Source: an uncultured Bacteroidales bacterium (GTDB lineage Bacteria; Bacteroidota; Bacteroidia; Bacteroidales; UBA1402). From it: 64,000 nucleotides of DNA. The notes under the pieces were generated by a model. It was not told the DNA's origin, did no database searches, and saw only the letters and a list, made by a program, of their open reading frames with translations. Of this stretch, positions 1 through 9,136 are shown piece by piece (positions within the stretch are counted from its first letter, which is position 1; the number at the start of each line of letters is the position of its first letter). The stretch lies in NCBI GenBank assembly GCA_942493385.1, contig OW818699.1, positions 2,454,808 through 2,518,807 of the forward strand, read 5' to 3'. Position numbers and translations under genes: made by a program.

Positions 1-1
1 G

Positions 2-1942
2 CTTCGTCGCGCAATCAAGCCTTACGGTGGTATTCAGGTAGTTGCCAAAGCTTGCTCGGAAAATGGGGTGAAGCTGGATCCAAGAGTGTATGACATTTTC
101 ACAAAGTATGCCAAAACCCACAACGACGGCGTTTTTGACGTTTACACGGAAGAAATTCGCCTGTATCGTTCGCTTGGTTTTCTAACCGGATTGCCCGATA
201 ATTATGCTCGTGGACGCATTATTGGCGACTACCGCCGCCTTGCTTTGTACGGTCTGGATCGTCTGATCGAAGGAAAAAAAGAAGATTTGGCCGGCTTGGT
301 TGGTCCGATGACCGAAGACCGAATCCGTTTGCGCGAAGAAGTTTCCGAGCAGATCAAAGCGCTGAACGACATCAAGAAATTGGGCGAAATCTATGGTTTC
401 GACCTTTCCCGCCCGGCTGAAAACGCGCAGGAAGCGGTTCAGTGGGTGTATCTGGCCTACCTTTCGGCCGTTAAGGAACAGGACGGAGCCGCCATGTCGC
501 TTGGCAACGTTTCATCGTTCCTGGATTGCTACATCGAACACGATATGCAGCTGGGCCTTATAGATGAAACTTTTGCTCAGGAACTGATCGACCAGTTTGT
601 CATCAAACTCCGCATGGTTCGTCATTTGCGTATGGAATCGTACAATGAGATTTTTGCAGGCGACCCCACTTGGGTGACCGAATCCATCGGTGGAACGATG
701 TTCGACGGCCGCAGCAAGGTGACCAAGACCTCATTCCGCTTCTTGCAGACCCTATACAACCTCGGACCGTCGCCCGAACCCAACATGACCGTGCTTTGGT
801 CGCAGACCTTGCCACAGGGTTTCAAGGACTTCTGTGCGCAGGTTTCCATCGATACATCCTCCGTTCAGTACGAAAACGACGACTTGATGCGTTCGGTTCG
901 ATGCAGCGACGACTATGGAATCGCTTGCTGTGTTTCGTATCAGGAAATCGGCAAACAGATTCAGTTCTTCGGTGCCCGTACCAACATTGCCAAAGCGTTG
1001 TTGCTGGCCTTGAACGAAGGCCGTTGCGAATTCACTGGTAAACAAGTGGTGAAGGGCATTCCAGCCATCAAGAACTTGGTTTTGGATTTCGACGAAGTGA
1101 TGATCAATTTCAAATTGGTACTCAAAGAGATTACCCGTGTTTACAACGAAGCGATGAACATCATCCACTTCATGCACGACAAATACTACTACGAAAAGGC
1201 GCAGATGGCTTTGATCGATACGAATCCTGCCATCAATCTGGCATACGGCGCGGCTGGCCTGTCCATCGTTGCCGACTCATTATCAGCCATCAAGCATGCT
1301 CGAGTAACTCCCAAACGCAACGATATCGGGTTGACCGAAGGTTTCAACATCGACGGTGTTTTCCCTTGCTACGGCAATGACGACGACCGCGTGGACTTGT
1401 TGGCCAAGGAAGTGACCCGTTATTTCAGCGATTTGCTAGCTACGTATCCGGTTTACAAGAACGCGCAACCTACGCTTTCCATCCTCACCATCACGTCCAA
1501 TGTGATGTACGGTAAAAAGACGGGTGCCACGCCTGACGGACGTGAAAAGGGCATTGCCTTTGCACCTGGCGCCAATCCGATGCACGGTCGTGACGTTAAG
1601 GGAGCCATTGCTTCACTGACTTCAGTCGCCAAGATTCAATACGAAGATGCGCAGGACGGTGTGAGCAATACGTTTTCCATCATCCCCAAATCATTGGGTT
1701 CAGACATGCTGGAACAGGTTGAAAACTTGGTATGCATGATGGACGGCTATTTCTCCAAAGGTGCTCACCACTTGAATGTGAACGTGTTGAACCGCGAAAT
1801 GCTGGAAGACGCCATGGAGCATCCCGAAAACTATCCGCAGCTGACCATCCGAGTTTCGGGTTATGCGGTCAACTTTGTACAGTTGAGCCGCGAGCATCAG
1901 ATGGAAGTGATTTCGAGGAGTTTTCACGATAGAATGAATTAA
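2..1942 (+). CDS. pflB: Pyruvate formate-lyase (formate C-acetyltransferase), 5'-truncated by the window edge
   Basis: Frame is open from nt 2; the track ORF 68..1942 is only the GTG-to-stop part. Motifs: [13 protein letters not shown], adjacent active-site cysteines in GIACCVSY, C-terminal glycyl-radical motif [11 protein letters not shown]. Confidence 0.95.
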   Translation, partial: LRRAIKPYGGIQVVAKACSENGVKLDPRVYDIFTKYAKTHNDGVFDVYTEEIRLYRSLGFLTGLPDNYARGRIIGDYRRLALYGLDRLIEGKKEDLAGLVGPMTEDRIRLREEVSEQIKALNDIKKLGEIYGFDLSRPAENAQEAVQWVYLAYLSAVKEQDGAAMSLGNVSSFLDCYIEHDMQLGLIDETFAQELIDQFVIKLRMVRHLRMESYNEIFAGDPTWVTESIGGTMFDGRSKVTKTSFRFLQTLYNLGPSPEPNMTVLWSQTLPQGFKDFCAQVSIDTSSVQYENDDLMRSVRCSDDYGIACCVSYQEIGKQIQFFGARTNIAKALLLALNEGRCEFTGKQVVKGIPAIKNLVLDFDEVMINFKLVLKEITRVYNEAMNIIHFMHDKYYYEKAQMALIDTNPAINLAYGAAGLSIVADSLSAIKHARVTPKRNDIGLTEGFNIDGVFPCYGNDDDRVDLLAKEVTRYFSDLLATYPVYKNAQPTLSILTITSNVMYGKKTGATPDGREKGIAFAPGANPMHGRDVKGAIASLTSVAKIQYEDAQDGVSNTFSIIPKSLGSDMLEQVENLVCMMDGYFSKGAHHLNVNVLNREMLEDAMEHPENYPQLTIRVSGYAVNFVQLSREHQMEVISRSFHDRMN

Positions 1943-1943
1943 G

Positions 1944-2669
1944 ATGATACGGGTTCACTCGTACGAATCCTTGGGAATATTTGACGGACCGGGCATCCGG
2001 CTCGTCGTATTCCTACAGGGTTGCCGATTTCGATGTTTGTATTGTGCCAATCCGGATACCATTCCCAGTGTGGGCGGTACCTTAACGGATCCGGAGGAAA
2101 TAGTGCGTATGGCGGTAAGTCAGAAGACTTTTTTTGGTAAAAAAGGTGGTGTGACTTTAAGTGGTGGCGAACCGACCATCCAGGCTCAGGAGCTGATTCC
2201 GCTGTGTAAACGCCTGAAAGAGGAGGGGATACACATTTGCCTCGACACCAACGGCAACAATTTCAACGAACGAACCAGAGAATTGTACCAACACATTGAT
2301 TTGGCTTTGTTGGATGTAAAAGAAATCAATTCGGAACGCCATCAAATCCTGACCGGTCATCCCAATACACAAACCTTGCAAACTGCCGCTTGGCTTCGTG
2401 AAATTGGCAAACCGATGCGCCTGCGCTATGTGCTGGTGCCTGGTTATTCGGATTTCGAAGAGGATCTGCACGCTTTCGGACAGCATTTTAAGGACTACGA
2501 AAACATCGATCGGGTGGAAATTCTTCCGTATCATTCCTTTGGCGTTCACAAGTATGAAGCGATTGGACAAACCTACCTTTTGAAGGACGTTAAGGAAGAT
2601 TCACCTGAACGAATACTAGAGGTTAAAGCACTTTTCGAGCTGTATTTCAAGAACGTATGGAAACAGTAA
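1944..2669 (+). CDS. pflA: Pyruvate formate-lyase activating enzyme (radical SAM)
   Basis: ATG 1 nt after the pflB stop. CX3CX2C cluster motif in GCRFRCLYCANPDT. 241 aa, typical PflA size. Confidence 0.93.
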   Translation: MIRVHSYESLGIFDGPGIRLVVFLQGCRFRCLYCANPDTIPSVGGTLTDPEEIVRMAVSQKTFFGKKGGVTLSGGEPTIQAQELIPLCKRLKEEGIHICLDTNGNNFNERTRELYQHIDLALLDVKEINSERHQILTGHPNTQTLQTAAWLREIGKPMRLRYVLVPGYSDFEEDLHAFGQHFKDYENIDRVEILPYHSFGVHKYEAIGQTYLLKDVKEDSPERILEVKALFELYFKNVWKQ

Positions 2670-2714
2670 GATGATTCAATAAGCCGTTTACCACCGCATT
2701 TCAATTGTAAAATG

Positions 2715-2755
2715 CCTCCATCACTAGGATTATGTGATGGAGGTATTTTATTTTT
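2715..2755 (+). terminator. Rho-independent terminator after pflBA
   Basis: 10-bp perfect stem CCTCCATCAC (2715-2724) / GTGATGGAGG (2734-2743), 9-nt loop, followed by TATTTTATTTTT. Confidence 0.8.
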
Positions 2756-2788
2756 GGGTGTGAACTATTTCTTGAATTTAATGCTATT

Positions 2789-2819
2789 AATTGCACAATT
2801 TTGTTACTTTTGTGCAATT
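2789..2819. promoter_or_regulatory. Perfect 10-bp inverted repeat (candidate operator) overlapping the carboxylase-operon -7 box
   Basis: AATTGCACAA (2789-2798), 11-nt spacer, TTGTGCAATT (2810-2819). The arms are exact reverse complements. Confidence 0.4.
2805..2812 (+). promoter_or_regulatory. Bacteroidota-type -7 box TAnnTTTG (TACTTTTG) for the acyl-CoA carboxylase operon
   Basis: Exact TAnnTTTG, 41 nt before ATG 2853. Extended form TACTTTTGTGCAA is shared with the boxes at 26328 and 59204. Confidence 0.5.
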
Positions 2820-2852
2820 CTCAATCAAATCAGAAATACAAGTAATCAGCGA

Positions 2853-4388
2853 ATGAATAAAAACGAGGTGTTTGAAAAGCGCTTGAAAGCGTTGCAAGAA
2901 ATGGAGGACAATGCAGCCACCCGACAGCATATCAAAGGAAAACTGACCGCTCGTGAACGATTGAACGTTCTGTTCGACGAAGGAACCTTTTTTGAATTCG
3001 ATGCTTTTGTAATACCCGCACAAACACCTGTCAGCAGCAAACAGACGAATTTTGGTGATGGTGTGGTGGTAGGTCGTGGACTGGTTCAAGGCCGAAGCGT
3101 TTTTGCTTACGCACAGGACTTCACTGTTCTGGGTGGATCTCTGGGCTTCGCACACGGAATGAAGATTGCCAAGGTGCAAGAAATGGCACTTAAACTTGGT
3201 GCGCCCATCGTTGGATTGATGGATTCCGGTGGAGCCCGCATTCAGGAGGGCGTCAAGAGTCTGTCCGCCTATGCGACCATTTTTAAAAACAATGTTCGTT
3301 CGTCTGGCATTATTCCACAAATCTCGGCTATTCTTGGTCCTGCAGCCGGTGGAGCGGTGTATTCTCCAGCCCTTACCGACTTCATTTTCATGACCAGCCA
3401 GACGTCCTACATGTTCGTTACTGGGCCCGATGTGGTCAAAGAAGTATTGAACGAGGATGTGGATATGGAAGGCCTGGGTGGTGGTACCATTCATGCCAGC
3501 AAAAGCGGTGTGGCTCATTTTGTTTCGGACGACGAGGAACACACCATCATGTTGATTCGCAAATTGTTATCTTACATTCCTTCCAACAATTACGAACCCC
3601 ATCCGGTTTCGAATCTGGTTAGTTGTTACGAGTCCCGTCAGGAGTTCCTCGACCAAATCATTCCAGACGATCCAAACCGCCCTTACGATATGAAGGACAT
3701 CATCCACATTCTGGTGGATAAGGATTCGTTCTTCGAAGTTCATGAAAAATTCGCTCAAAACATGCTGGTCGGTTTTGCTCGGCTCAACGGTAAAACCATC
3801 GGTATCGTAGCCAACCAACCCAAAGTGATGGCTGGTACGCTAGATATTAATGGCAGCGTTAAAGGCGCTCGCTTTGTACGTTTCTGCGATGCGTTCAACA
3901 TTCCATTGCTCATTTTGGAAGATGTGCCTGGATTCCTTCCAGGTGTTGAACAGGAACACAACGGCATCATTCGCAACGGCGCCAAGCTGCTTTACGCATT
4001 CTGCGAGGCGACGGTTCCAAAAATAACCATCATTACCCGTAAAGCATATGGTGGTGCCTACATTGTGATGAGCAGTTTGAATACTGGTGGCGACTTCAAT
4101 TTTGCTTGGCCTACGGCCGAAATCGCTGTGATGGGGCCTGCCGGTGCCATCAAGATTGTAAACAAACACGAACTGTCGGTTTCCGAAAACAAGGCCGAAC
4201 TCGAGAAGGTTCTCACCGAAAAGTACAAGAACGAGGTTGCAAACCCCTATAAAGCAGAAGAATACGCACTAATCGACGAAGTGATCCAACCATCATCTAC
4301 GCGTCAACTGCTCATTACTACTTTCGACATCCTTTCCAACAAACAATATTCCAAACCGGCACGCAAACATGGAAACATCCCCTTATAA
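2853..4388 (+). CDS. Acyl-CoA carboxylase carboxyltransferase subunit (propionyl-CoA carboxylase beta / methylmalonyl-CoA carboxyltransferase family)
   Basis: MDSGGARIQEGV motif and a second crotonase-like half (VPGFLPGVEQEHNGIIRNGAKLLYA). Start moved to ATG 2853 because track start 2712 lies at the pflA terminator and upstream of the -7 box. Confidence 0.9.
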   Translation: MNKNEVFEKRLKALQEMEDNAATRQHIKGKLTARERLNVLFDEGTFFEFDAFVIPAQTPVSSKQTNFGDGVVVGRGLVQGRSVFAYAQDFTVLGGSLGFAHGMKIAKVQEMALKLGAPIVGLMDSGGARIQEGVKSLSAYATIFKNNVRSSGIIPQISAILGPAAGGAVYSPALTDFIFMTSQTSYMFVTGPDVVKEVLNEDVDMEGLGGGTIHASKSGVAHFVSDDEEHTIMLIRKLLSYIPSNNYEPHPVSNLVSCYESRQEFLDQIIPDDPNRPYDMKDIIHILVDKDSFFEVHEKFAQNMLVGFARLNGKTIGIVANQPKVMAGTLDINGSVKGARFVRFCDAFNIPLLILEDVPGFLPGVEQEHNGIIRNGAKLLYAFCEATVPKITIITRKAYGGAYIVMSSLNTGGDFNFAWPTAEIAVMGPAGAIKIVNKHELSVSENKAELEKVLTEKYKNEVANPYKAEEYALIDEVIQPSSTRQLLITTFDILSNKQYSKPARKHGNIPL

Positions 4389-4407
4389 GGTCGTAAAACC
4401 AATCATA

Positions 4408-5904
4408 ATGAAGAGACGAATTTTAATAGCGAACCGGAGCGAAATAGCCATCCGAATCATCCGTTCAGCGCATAAGCTGGGGATGTGGACCGTGGTTTTT
4501 CAAAGTGACCGGGAACCAGATGCGTTGTATCTGAAGTTTGCCGACGAAATCATTCCAGCTCGTGATTCCAAAAACGAGAAACCAATTTTTTTGGATCAGG
4601 AACGCATTGTTGCATTGGCGCTCGAAAACCACATCGATTTGATTCACCCCGGATATGGTTTTTTATCGGAGAACCCGGATTTTGCTCAATTGTGCATCGA
4701 CAACGAAATTAACTTCATTGGTCCATCGCCACAGCTCATCCGAGACATGGGTTTGAAGACCATCGCTAAAAGCATGGCCATCAAAGCGGGTTTACCGCTT
4801 GTTCCAGGTAGCGACGGTGCGGTTGACGATGCGGTTGTCGCTCGGGAATTTGCAGATCGCATTGGTTATCCGGTCATTCTGAAGGCTTCGGCCGGAGGAG
4901 GCGGACGTGGCATGCGCATCGTGTCTAAACCGGAGACAATGGAACGTAACTTCAAATCGGCTTCTCAAGAGGCATTGGCCGCTTTCGGGAATGGTGATAT
5001 GTTCATTGAGAAATACCTGCAGAACCCGAAGCATCTTGAGTTTCAGATCATGGGTGACAAGCACGGTAACGTGGTGCATTTGGGTGAGCGCGAATGCTCC
5101 TTGCAACGCAAACACCAGAAGATCGTGGAAGAAGCGCCTTCAGCCAGCATCAGCGCAAAAGATCGTGCCGACATGGGCGAGATGGCAGTACGTTTCGCTA
5201 AATCCATCGGATACTATTCGGCAGGAACCATCGAATTCATTTTGGACGAGGACGGTTCCTATTATTTCATGGAAATGAACACTCGAATTCAGGTGGAGCA
5301 CCCAGTGACTGAAATGGTGACCGGTGTGGACTTGGTTGACTGGCAGATTCGGGTGGCATTGGGAAAAAAGCTTACCATGAAACAGGAGGACATTCAAATC
5401 AATGGTTGGGCCATTGAATGCCGAGTGAACGCAGAAGATCCGCAAAATCGTTTCGCTCCGCAAACAGGTTTTATCGACCGCATAAATTTCCCGCACGATC
5501 CCTCCATTCGCATCGAAACCGGTGTTCAAGACGGTTCGATCGTGACACCCTATTTCGACTCGATGATTGCCAAAATCATCGTACATGCCGAAAGTCGAGA
5601 AGCCGTCGTTGCAAAAACGTTGAAAGCCTTGTACGAATTCAGCCTGATAGGTCTGAAAACGACCGTTCCGTTCTGCCGCATCGTTTTGGAACATCCGGAA
5701 TTTGTCAATGCAAGTTACACTACCCGCTGGGTCGATCAGGTGTTCAAACCGGAGATGTTGGAAAACAAGGATGATGAACTGATCGGGGCCTTGGCAGCTA
5801 CCATTTTATATGCCTCTGAATACCTGCAGTTGTCGTCGGATTTGCCTTCCTACAAAAACGATTCGCTGAATGTCTGGGTATTGAACAAACGATTGAATTA
5901 CTGA
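4408..5904 (+). CDS. accC: Biotin carboxylase subunit (ATP-grasp)
   Basis: KASAGGGGRGMRIV and MEMNTRIQVEHPVTE motifs. Start set at MKRRILIANRSEIA, the typical biotin carboxylase N-terminus. Confidence 0.92.
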   Translation: MKRRILIANRSEIAIRIIRSAHKLGMWTVVFQSDREPDALYLKFADEIIPARDSKNEKPIFLDQERIVALALENHIDLIHPGYGFLSENPDFAQLCIDNEINFIGPSPQLIRDMGLKTIAKSMAIKAGLPLVPGSDGAVDDAVVAREFADRIGYPVILKASAGGGGRGMRIVSKPETMERNFKSASQEALAAFGNGDMFIEKYLQNPKHLEFQIMGDKHGNVVHLGERECSLQRKHQKIVEEAPSASISAKDRADMGEMAVRFAKSIGYYSAGTIEFILDEDGSYYFMEMNTRIQVEHPVTEMVTGVDLVDWQIRVALGKKLTMKQEDIQINGWAIECRVNAEDPQNRFAPQTGFIDRINFPHDPSIRIETGVQDGSIVTPYFDSMIAKIIVHAESREAVVAKTLKALYEFSLIGLKTTVPFCRIVLEHPEFVNASYTTRWVDQVFKPEMLENKDDELIGALAATILYASEYLQLSSDLPSYKNDSLNVWVLNKRLNY

Positions 5905-5922
5905 CCTGATAATTAATCCATT

Positions 5923-6468
5923 ATGGGAACTACCTACAAATACAACCGCGACGCTTCTCGCTTGTTCATTGCATTACGCGATACCGGTAAACGCTATAAG
6001 ATCTACATCCCGAGGGAAACCAAACCTGTTATTGATAATCAGGAACAAGACATTGACTTTGTGGAACAGGAAGATTTCCACTACGCCTTCGACTGGAAAG
6101 GCAAACGTTTTCACTGTGAACTGGTGTCCCACGACCAAAACAAGGTGGTGGTAAAAGTAAACGGTGTGGAATACCGCTACAGCATCGACTCCTTGTTTTC
6201 GTACATTCGTCGTGGTATGATCAACACCGATACCAGCAAATTGAATGAGAACAACATCATTGCGCCGATTCCTGGCAAGATCACTGAAATTTTCCTAGCT
6301 GAGGGCGATCTTGTAAACAAAGGCGAATCGATTCTAAGCTTGGAGGCCATGAAGATGCAGAACGAAATTGCAGCTACCTGCAACGGTGTCATCCGCAAAA
6401 TCAAGGTTCAACAAGGCCAATCGGTGATGAAAGACGAGCTTTTGGTGGAAATCAGTTCGATTGATTAA
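5923..6468 (+). CDS. Biotin carboxyl carrier protein with about 100-aa N-terminal extension
   Basis: C-terminal biotinyl domain with LEAMKMQNEI (biotinyl-lysine motif). Third gene of the carboxylase operon. Confidence 0.88.
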   Translation: MGTTYKYNRDASRLFIALRDTGKRYKIYIPRETKPVIDNQEQDIDFVEQEDFHYAFDWKGKRFHCELVSHDQNKVVVKVNGVEYRYSIDSLFSYIRRGMINTDTSKLNENNIIAPIPGKITEIFLAEGDLVNKGESILSLEAMKMQNEIAATCNGVIRKIKVQQGQSVMKDELLVEISSID

Positions 6469-7637
6469 AAGCTATATCCCAACAATACTTGGAACCTGTT
6501 GGTTTCGGAACCGATGTTGACATAAGGCGACATACCGTCCCCAATGTCTTCCCGTACTTCCAGTGAATAATTCTTGTATTTGACACCGGCACCAAAGACT
6601 ACTCCAATTTCTAATTTTCGGGTATCTTCAAAAAGGGAGCTTTTGGCTTGAAGGGCGTATCCACTCGACATACCTACGTTTAAGAAAAACCAGGAAGGCC
6701 GAAGACGGATCATGTTGTTCATCCTAATGTACTTGAAATCGAAAGTTGCCCATTCGGCAGGAAAATAGAACCCGGCATAACCCTCAAAATTGTAGGATGA
6801 GTAAAGGAATTCATTGTAAAAGGACCAGTTTTTTAGCTTGCCAGCCATCATCAAGTCAACCGAAAAACCTCCGGTAAAATTAGTGGATGGTCCGAAACCG
6901 GCAGCGACATAATCGGTTTCAACATTCACCATGGTTACAGAAACCCCGGCCAAAGCGCCATATACGGTCGAAACTTTGGAATCTTGAATCGAATAGACAG
7001 GCTTGACGTTGGGCAGTTTCAGATAAAGGTTAAACAGATTCTCCAGACTGGATTTGGAATAGTAGGCATCAGCAATTTCTTTCTGCAAGGAGGGCTCATC
7101 CCAAAAATACTGTGCCAACTGCCTAAGAAATCGCATGTTGTGGTATTCTTTCCGAATGTTGTTCACATATTCAATATAGATTTTATGCAACAACAAGCTG
7201 TATACGTTATCCACTTTGATATAAAACTGTTCTCTTTCGTCCCAATCCTTTAAATAGTAAAGAGGTCTTTCTCCACCGTACAAGGTGAGGAGAAAGACGG
7301 TATCCGTGACCAGTTGTAATTCGGGATTCTTTTGTAACTCACTGTCTCTGAATGGACTCATTTCTTTTTGTACGACAGCGCTGACATATTGTTGGTTCAT
7401 GACGCCAAACCCGGCGATGTCACTAGGTGTATAATAGTGAGGGGTACGCATTTTGCTTTCTTTGAAACCAATGTCTTCCGGGTTGATTAATTCTGCATCG
7501 TATTCGATGAGCCCGCGAATAGTATCATGCTGTAAATTAATGATATACCCTGGATGGTAAGTCGTTTTTGAAAGGGAAATCTGTGGAAATAGAATACAGA
7601 GCAATAAAAGGACTAATTTGATTCCAACTTTACTCAT
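6465..7637 (-). CDS. Outer-membrane beta-barrel protein of unknown function (paralog of 13079..14314)
   Basis: Signal peptide. Alternating-hydrophobicity C-terminal half ending GMSPYVNIGSETNRFQVLLGYSF (terminal aromatic). Blockwise similarity to the 411-aa ORF, e.g. LYYLKDWDEREQFYIKVD vs LYYYKDSNTDDLFYLKID. Confidence 0.7.
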   Translation of the reverse strand: MSKVGIKLVLLLLCILFPQISLSKTTYHPGYIINLQHDTIRGLIEYDAELINPEDIGFKESKMRTPHYYTPSDIAGFGVMNQQYVSAVVQKEMSPFRDSELQKNPELQLVTDTVFLLTLYGGERPLYYLKDWDEREQFYIKVDNVYSLLLHKIYIEYVNNIRKEYHNMRFLRQLAQYFWDEPSLQKEIADAYYSKSSLENLFNLYLKLPNVKPVYSIQDSKVSTVYGALAGVSVTMVNVETDYVAAGFGPSTNFTGGFSVDLMMAGKLKNWSFYNEFLYSSYNFEGYAGFYFPAEWATFDFKYIRMNNMIRLRPSWFFLNVGMSSGYALQAKSSLFEDTRKLEIGVVFGAGVKYKNYSLEVREDIGDGMSPYVNIGSETNRFQVLLGYSF

Positions 7638-7662
7638 AGATCTTGGTATTGGTTTGGGCCAC

Positions 7663-7670
7663 CAAATTTA
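7663..7670 (-). promoter_or_regulatory. -7 box TAAATTTG for OM paralog A
   Basis: Plus strand reads CAAATTTA. 26 nt upstream of ATG 7637. Identical box and spacing to paralog B (14340-14347). Confidence 0.5.
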
Positions 7671-7739
7671 TCAATAATTCTGAAACAATCCCCTGCAACA
7701 ACTAATTTAGCTGGAGTTTCCGGTTTGTTCACCGATTAT

Positions 7740-8549
7740 TTATTCCTGAACTCCTTTTTGGTAAATATCCTGCATGATTAATCCCGCCAATGTGAAGCCA
7801 AAAATGGCGGTGATATGCGCCAACGTACCATTGATGGCGGCTTTTAGGCTGCACCATTCGTGATTGGCCAAATCGGGGTCGCCTTCCACGTCCTTATTTT
7901 TCGGGCATAAGCATTTCTCCGTGCCGCAGGACTGGTTGGCACCCAAATTGGGAAGCACTTCGTCGCTGTACACACACAGGAATTTTTTGGCAGGCATTTC
8001 ACCTTTTCGGATGTTGCGACGCATGGCGGCGGCGAGCGGGTCGCCCTTTATTTTCCAGAATTCGTCGACTCGAATGCGGGTGGGATCCACTTTTAATGCG
8101 GCACCCATGGAAGAATACAGTACAGCGCTTGTCTTGCAGGCCGTGCGAATGAGGTCAGCCTTGTTGCTTAAACTATCAATGGCATCAATAATATAATCGT
8201 AATCAGCTAATTGAAAAGAGTCTCGGCTTTCGGCGTTGTAAATCTTCTGCAAAGCGGTGATTTCTGCATTCGGATTTATTTCCAACAGCCTTTTTTTCAA
8301 TGCTTCGGTTTTAACTTCACCGATGGTTAGGGTAGTGGCATGCAACTGACGGTTGACATTGGTCACGCAGATTCGATCGGAATCCACGATGGTAAGCTGT
8401 TTGATGCCGCTGCGTATAAGGCTTTCGGCCGCCCAACTGCCAACACCACCGATGCCGAAAATGATGACTTTTGCCGCCGATATTTGTTTCATTTTTTCCG
8501 AACCGTACAACAATTCCGTCCGGTTAAAAATGCCTTGTTCCAATCCCAT
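7740..8549 (-). CDS. tcdA: tRNA threonylcarbamoyladenosine dehydratase (ThiF/E1-like, TcdA/CsdL)
   Basis: Rossmann motif GIGGVGSWAAESLIRSGI..LTIVDSDRICVTNVNRQ. 269 aa. Confidence 0.85.
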   Translation of the reverse strand: MGLEQGIFNRTELLYGSEKMKQISAAKVIIFGIGGVGSWAAESLIRSGIKQLTIVDSDRICVTNVNRQLHATTLTIGEVKTEALKKRLLEINPNAEITALQKIYNAESRDSFQLADYDYIIDAIDSLSNKADLIRTACKTSAVLYSSMGAALKVDPTRIRVDEFWKIKGDPLAAAMRRNIRKGEMPAKKFLCVYSDEVLPNLGANQSCGTEKCLCPKNKDVEGDPDLANHEWCSLKAAINGTLAHITAIFGFTLAGLIMQDIYQKGVQE

Positions 8550-8794
8550 GAGTCAATCTTTTTTAGAGCCTGCAAATATCGGTTTTTTTGGACTAACCTG
8601 CAAGTTTCACAGTATTTACGGGCTGATATGTGAATCATGTAACTTCTATTCAGAATTGTGTAATTAAAAAAAACTCAATAGTCCCAACTTTGCAATGCTG
8701 TTAAAAGCGACCTGACAACAGGGCGTACAACCGAAGAGATTGAAACAATTTTTGAGTTTGCAGCGAAACTGCATAATAATTAATACGTGCTAAA

Positions 8795-9109
8795 ATGAAA
8801 ACAAAAAATCTATTTGTCCTTTTAATGGTTTTAATGATGAGTGCACCTGTTGCATTCAGTTCAAATGCGAAAGCTGAAGCTACTGCGCCCAAAGTTGAAA
8901 ACGCAATGTCTGCGGAAGAATTAAGCAGCATGAAATCTCGTGTGGAAGAAATTCGTGACATGGATAAATCGAACATGACTGCAAAAGAAAAACGCGATCT
9001 TAAAAAAGAGTTGAAGGAAACCAAAGAAAACATCAGCAAAAGAGACGGTTACATTTATATTGGTACCGGTACCCTCATCCTGATCATTTTATTGATCATC
9101 CTGCTTTAA
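8795..9109 (+). CDS. Small secreted/anchored protein, unknown function
   Basis: Signal peptide (..APVAFSSNAKA), charged helical middle (KEKRDLKKELKETKENISK), C-terminal hydrophobic anchor GTGTLILIILLIILL. Ends only 27 nt before the chosen M1 peptidase start (3 nt before its track ORF). Confidence 0.6.
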   Translation: MKTKNLFVLLMVLMMSAPVAFSSNAKAEATAPKVENAMSAEELSSMKSRVEEIRDMDKSNMTAKEKRDLKKELKETKENISKRDGYIYIGTGTLILIILLIILL

Positions 9110-9136
9110 ACGTTGATTTTTAATCAGGCAAACGGA

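Noticed and set aside
2712-2852. N-terminal 47-aa extension of the carboxyltransferase ORF in the track.
   Set aside because: The extension begins at the pflA terminator hairpin and runs across the -7 box. The hydrophobic sequence is not part of known CT subunits. The internal ATG 2853 gives the canonical N-terminus.
8550-8794. The 245-bp intergenic region between tcdA and the small anchored protein gene, examined for an ncRNA or riboswitch.
   Set aside because: Only short weak hairpins (5-bp stems) and a near-consensus promoter-like AACTTTGCAA. It does not resemble a tRNA, 6S RNA, tmRNA or any riboswitch architecture I can recognise.
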